Positions 43,182-44,832 of a stretch of 44,832 bases of DNA are shown here, piece by piece (the stretch's first letter is position 1; every line of letters starts with the position of its first letter). This stretch comes from a phage. The stretch is taken from the sequence record PX055572.1. One strand, written 5' to 3'. Both the position numbers and the translations under genes were made by a program. A model generated the notes under the pieces. It was not told the DNA's origin and did no database searches. It worked only from the letters and a program-made list of their open reading frames with translations.

Positions 43182-43339
43182 GCGAACAAGGCCAAGTAAG
43201 CCAACCACTACGGGTAGGCCGTAAAGTCAGCCACACCCCGTTCCCGACACGCGAGGAACTGATGAAACGTAACAGTTTCCCTGGGCCGGACAAGAACAAG
43301 TATCTCAATCGCATGTGGGGAGAGCGTAAAGAATGACTG
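43178..43339 (+). CDS. Small hypothetical protein
   Basis: 53 aa; verified codon by codon; contains G5 run 43317-43321. Confidence 0.3.
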
Positions 43340-43460
43340 ACCGCGAATACGAGAAGGCATGCGTAGAGTCGGCGCTAGGTATGTACGCTATTGAAGAGTG
43401 CGACAAGACGATTGCCGAATTAGAAAAGGCGTTATCTGTGGTACAGGAGCATCGTCGTGA
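43332..43460 (+). CDS. Small hypothetical protein, possibly frame-broken at G-run 43439-43441
   Basis: ATG 43332 reads MTDREYEKACVESALGMYAIEECDKTIAELEKALSV then stops at 43458-43460; the +1 frame continues ...QEHRRELINRFNLNKGDTNA to 43506. Confidence 0.25.
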
Positions 43461-43498
43461 ATTGATTAACCGCTTCAACCTGAACAAAGGTGACACCA

Positions 43499-43789
43499 AT
43501 GCCTAAAATCACAATCGCGTCACTTGAGCGTCGTATTCTGGTCCTTGAGTCAGAGAAACAGACGTTAGGCGGGCAACTGTCAATTAACGGTGAGTTTCAA
43601 CTGGAGGCGTTTAAGGAGTTACTGGCTATTAAGACGCAAGAACCGAACGTGTACGCGGGGTTGTTCGTTGGTGAAGATAGTTCTTCTCTGGCTTACTACA
43701 ACACGGCAACCGCAGCTTCAAAGGATGGGGCGGATGTAATAATCCCCCTGTATGACAATGTTGTTGGGCCAGAAGATGAAAGCGCCTGA
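43499..43789 (+). CDS. Hypothetical protein
   Basis: 96 aa from first ATG. Confidence 0.4.
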   Translation: MPKITIASLERRILVLESEKQTLGGQLSINGEFQLEAFKELLAIKTQEPNVYAGLFVGEDSSSLAYYNTATAASKDGADVIIPLYDNVVGPEDESA

Positions 43790-43958
43790 GCCAGTAGTTA
43801 TCGATGGCGTCCTGTGGAAACCTTACGCGGTTAACCACATCGACGCCGACGGTAAGAAGTTTAGCTTCTACATTTTTGCAATTAGCCGCGAGCACGCCGC
43901 TTGTGTGGTCGACGATATACGAGAAACGGCGTGGCTAGGTGATGAGATAGTGGGGTAA
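43776..43958 (+). CDS. Hypothetical protein
   Basis: 60 aa from ATG 43776. Confidence 0.35.
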   Translation: MKAPEPVVIDGVLWKPYAVNHIDADGKKFSFYIFAISREHAACVVDDIRETAWLGDEIVG

Positions 43959-43962
43959 GAGT

Positions 43963-44046
43963 ATGAGTCTTGAGGTTGTTATTGGCCTGGTCGGTCTTAG
44001 TTACTTCATCGGACTATTGGTTGGGTTTCTGTGGGGCAGATACTAA
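43963..44046 (+). CDS. Small membrane peptide (27 aa)
   Basis: MSLEVVIGLVGLSYFIGLLVGFLWGRY; SD-like GGGGTAAGAG; stop overlaps next ATG. Confidence 0.3.
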   Translation: MSLEVVIGLVGLSYFIGLLVGFLWGRY

Positions 44047-44216
44047 TGTTCAGCGACATCAACGCAGCAATCGAAGAGGCAATCTGGCGCCGCTACAACG
44101 GAGAGCAGCAGCGGCACTTCTGCCTGGTGCAACGTGGTAACATGATTGCCGTAGTGCAGGACCGCGATAACAAATACCCGAATGCGATGTGGACAACGAG
44201 GAATTTCGTAGGATGA
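44046..44216 (+). CDS. Hypothetical protein
   Basis: 56 aa from ATG 44046. Confidence 0.35.
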   Translation: MFSDINAAIEEAIWRRYNGEQQRHFCLVQRGNMIAVVQDRDNKYPNAMWTTRNFVG

Positions 44217-44449
44217 TTACCAGCATTCCGAACCTGATTAAAGAATACGGCACGATGGCCGAGACATGCCGACAAACCGGCATCAACGAAATGACGATTG
44301 CCAAGTACAGCAAAGACGTTGATTGCGAGCGCCATGTAATTTATAACAATCGTCTGATGACACATGTTAAGACAAGCCCGGTGTTATTCACGCGCCGAGG
44401 TATCACTAAAACTGAGCAACGCATTGCTAAAGGGGAGAGTGGGGAATGA
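44213..44449 (+). CDS. Hypothetical protein
   Basis: 78 aa from ATG 44213. Confidence 0.35.
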   Translation: MITSIPNLIKEYGTMAETCRQTGINEMTIAKYSKDVDCERHVIYNNRLMTHVKTSPVLFTRRGITKTEQRIAKGESGE

Positions 44450-44628
44450 TTGAGATTTTGAGGGCTACGAATGTTGCTGGTGACCTGGTGTTTTGGCTGG
44501 CCTTTCTCGGTGTGCTGATAAAACAACCGACTCTGTTTAACAGTCTCCCTCGTTACCTGTGGTGGCCTATGTTTTTAGGCATGGGTGTATCAGGCGTGGC
44601 AGGCATCCTTTTGTGGTTTTTCAAATGA
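44446..44628 (+). CDS. Small membrane protein
   Basis: 60 aa with two hydrophobic segments. Confidence 0.4.
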   Translation: MIEILRATNVAGDLVFWLAFLGVLIKQPTLFNSLPRYLWWPMFLGMGVSGVAGILLWFFK

Positions 44629-44726
44629 GACTACTAATCATCCCTAACGCCTGGGCCATTCCCGTAGCCAACGACCATTACGGCGGCGACGGTAAAAGAG
44701 CGCAACGACACGGCCTATACAACTGA
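44625..44726 (+). CDS. Small hypothetical peptide (33 aa)
   Basis: ATG overlaps upstream stop; followed by terminator. Confidence 0.25.
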   Translation: MRLLIIPNAWAIPVANDHYGGDGKRAQRHGLYN

Positions 44727-44729
44727 TAC

Positions 44730-44756
44730 AAGCCCTCTACGGAGGGCTTTTCTGTA
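44730..44756 (+). terminator. Intrinsic terminator at end of right-arm small-gene cluster
   Basis: AAGCCCTC-tacg-GAGGGCTT then TTCTGT. Confidence 0.55.
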
Positions 44757-44807
44757 CATCCCGCCCAATCCCCTTATATAATCTATTTAGACGCGTAGGG
44801 CGCGTCT
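44753..44807 (+). promoter_or_regulatory. Candidate promoter (TGTACA-N18-TATAAT) and 7-bp inverted repeat upstream of terminase genes
   Basis: -10 TATAAT 44777-44782; inverted repeat AGACGCG-TAGGG-CGCGTCT 44789-44807; at end of window, upstream of terS if genome is circular or permuted. Confidence 0.3.
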
Positions 44808-44832
44808 GGTGCGCTCTGATGGTCAGACGCAT

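Noticed and set aside
1-44832. CRISPR arrays, integrase, transposase or a CI-type repressor
   Set aside because: No regularly spaced direct repeats; no ORF with recombinase or transposase motifs; the only switch-like element is the Cro-like gene, which alone does not indicate lysogeny.

Overview
The window reads as a complete or near-complete ~44.8 kb tailed-phage (siphovirus-like) genome, linearised at the small terminase gene. Everything below is from reading the sequence and the supplied ORF track; no database searches were run, so product calls rest on motifs and gene order. Layout: (1) 1-12.95 kb, + strand, packaging and head/neck/major-tail genes, interrupted by two reverse-strand inserts (a KilA-N gene at 3.3-4.0 kb; a lipoprotein plus small peptide at 5.7-6.2 kb) and by an Rz/Rz1 spanin pair at 6.5-7.0 kb. 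(2) 12.98-15.45 kb, - strand, a four-gene cassette (P-loop kinase, HAD phosphatase, HTH-metallophosphoesterase, Imm-like membrane protein) sitting between the major tail and tail-chaperone genes. (3) 15.56-25.53 kb, + strand, tail chaperones, tape measure, minor tail, tip and fibre/spike genes. (4) 25.56-38.48 kb, - strand, replication module (Toprim, SNF2 helicase, C5-methyltransferase, VRR-NUC, family A DNA polymerase, SSB-like, PD-(D/E)xK exonuclease, primase-helicase, AlpA-like regulator) with one rightward Cro-like gene. (5) 38.98-44.73 kb, + strand, translationally coupled small genes, then holin-like genes and a lysozyme, then more small genes. The main finds are a 14-bp palindrome AATAG-N4-CTATT embedded in seven sigma70-like promoters of two fixed architectures, a shared C-terminal EDLE tail on four replication proteins, and the reverse-strand kinase/phosphatase/phosphoesterase cassette, which is my best candidate for an uncharacterised system. 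No integrase, CI-type repressor, tRNA or CRISPR array was found.
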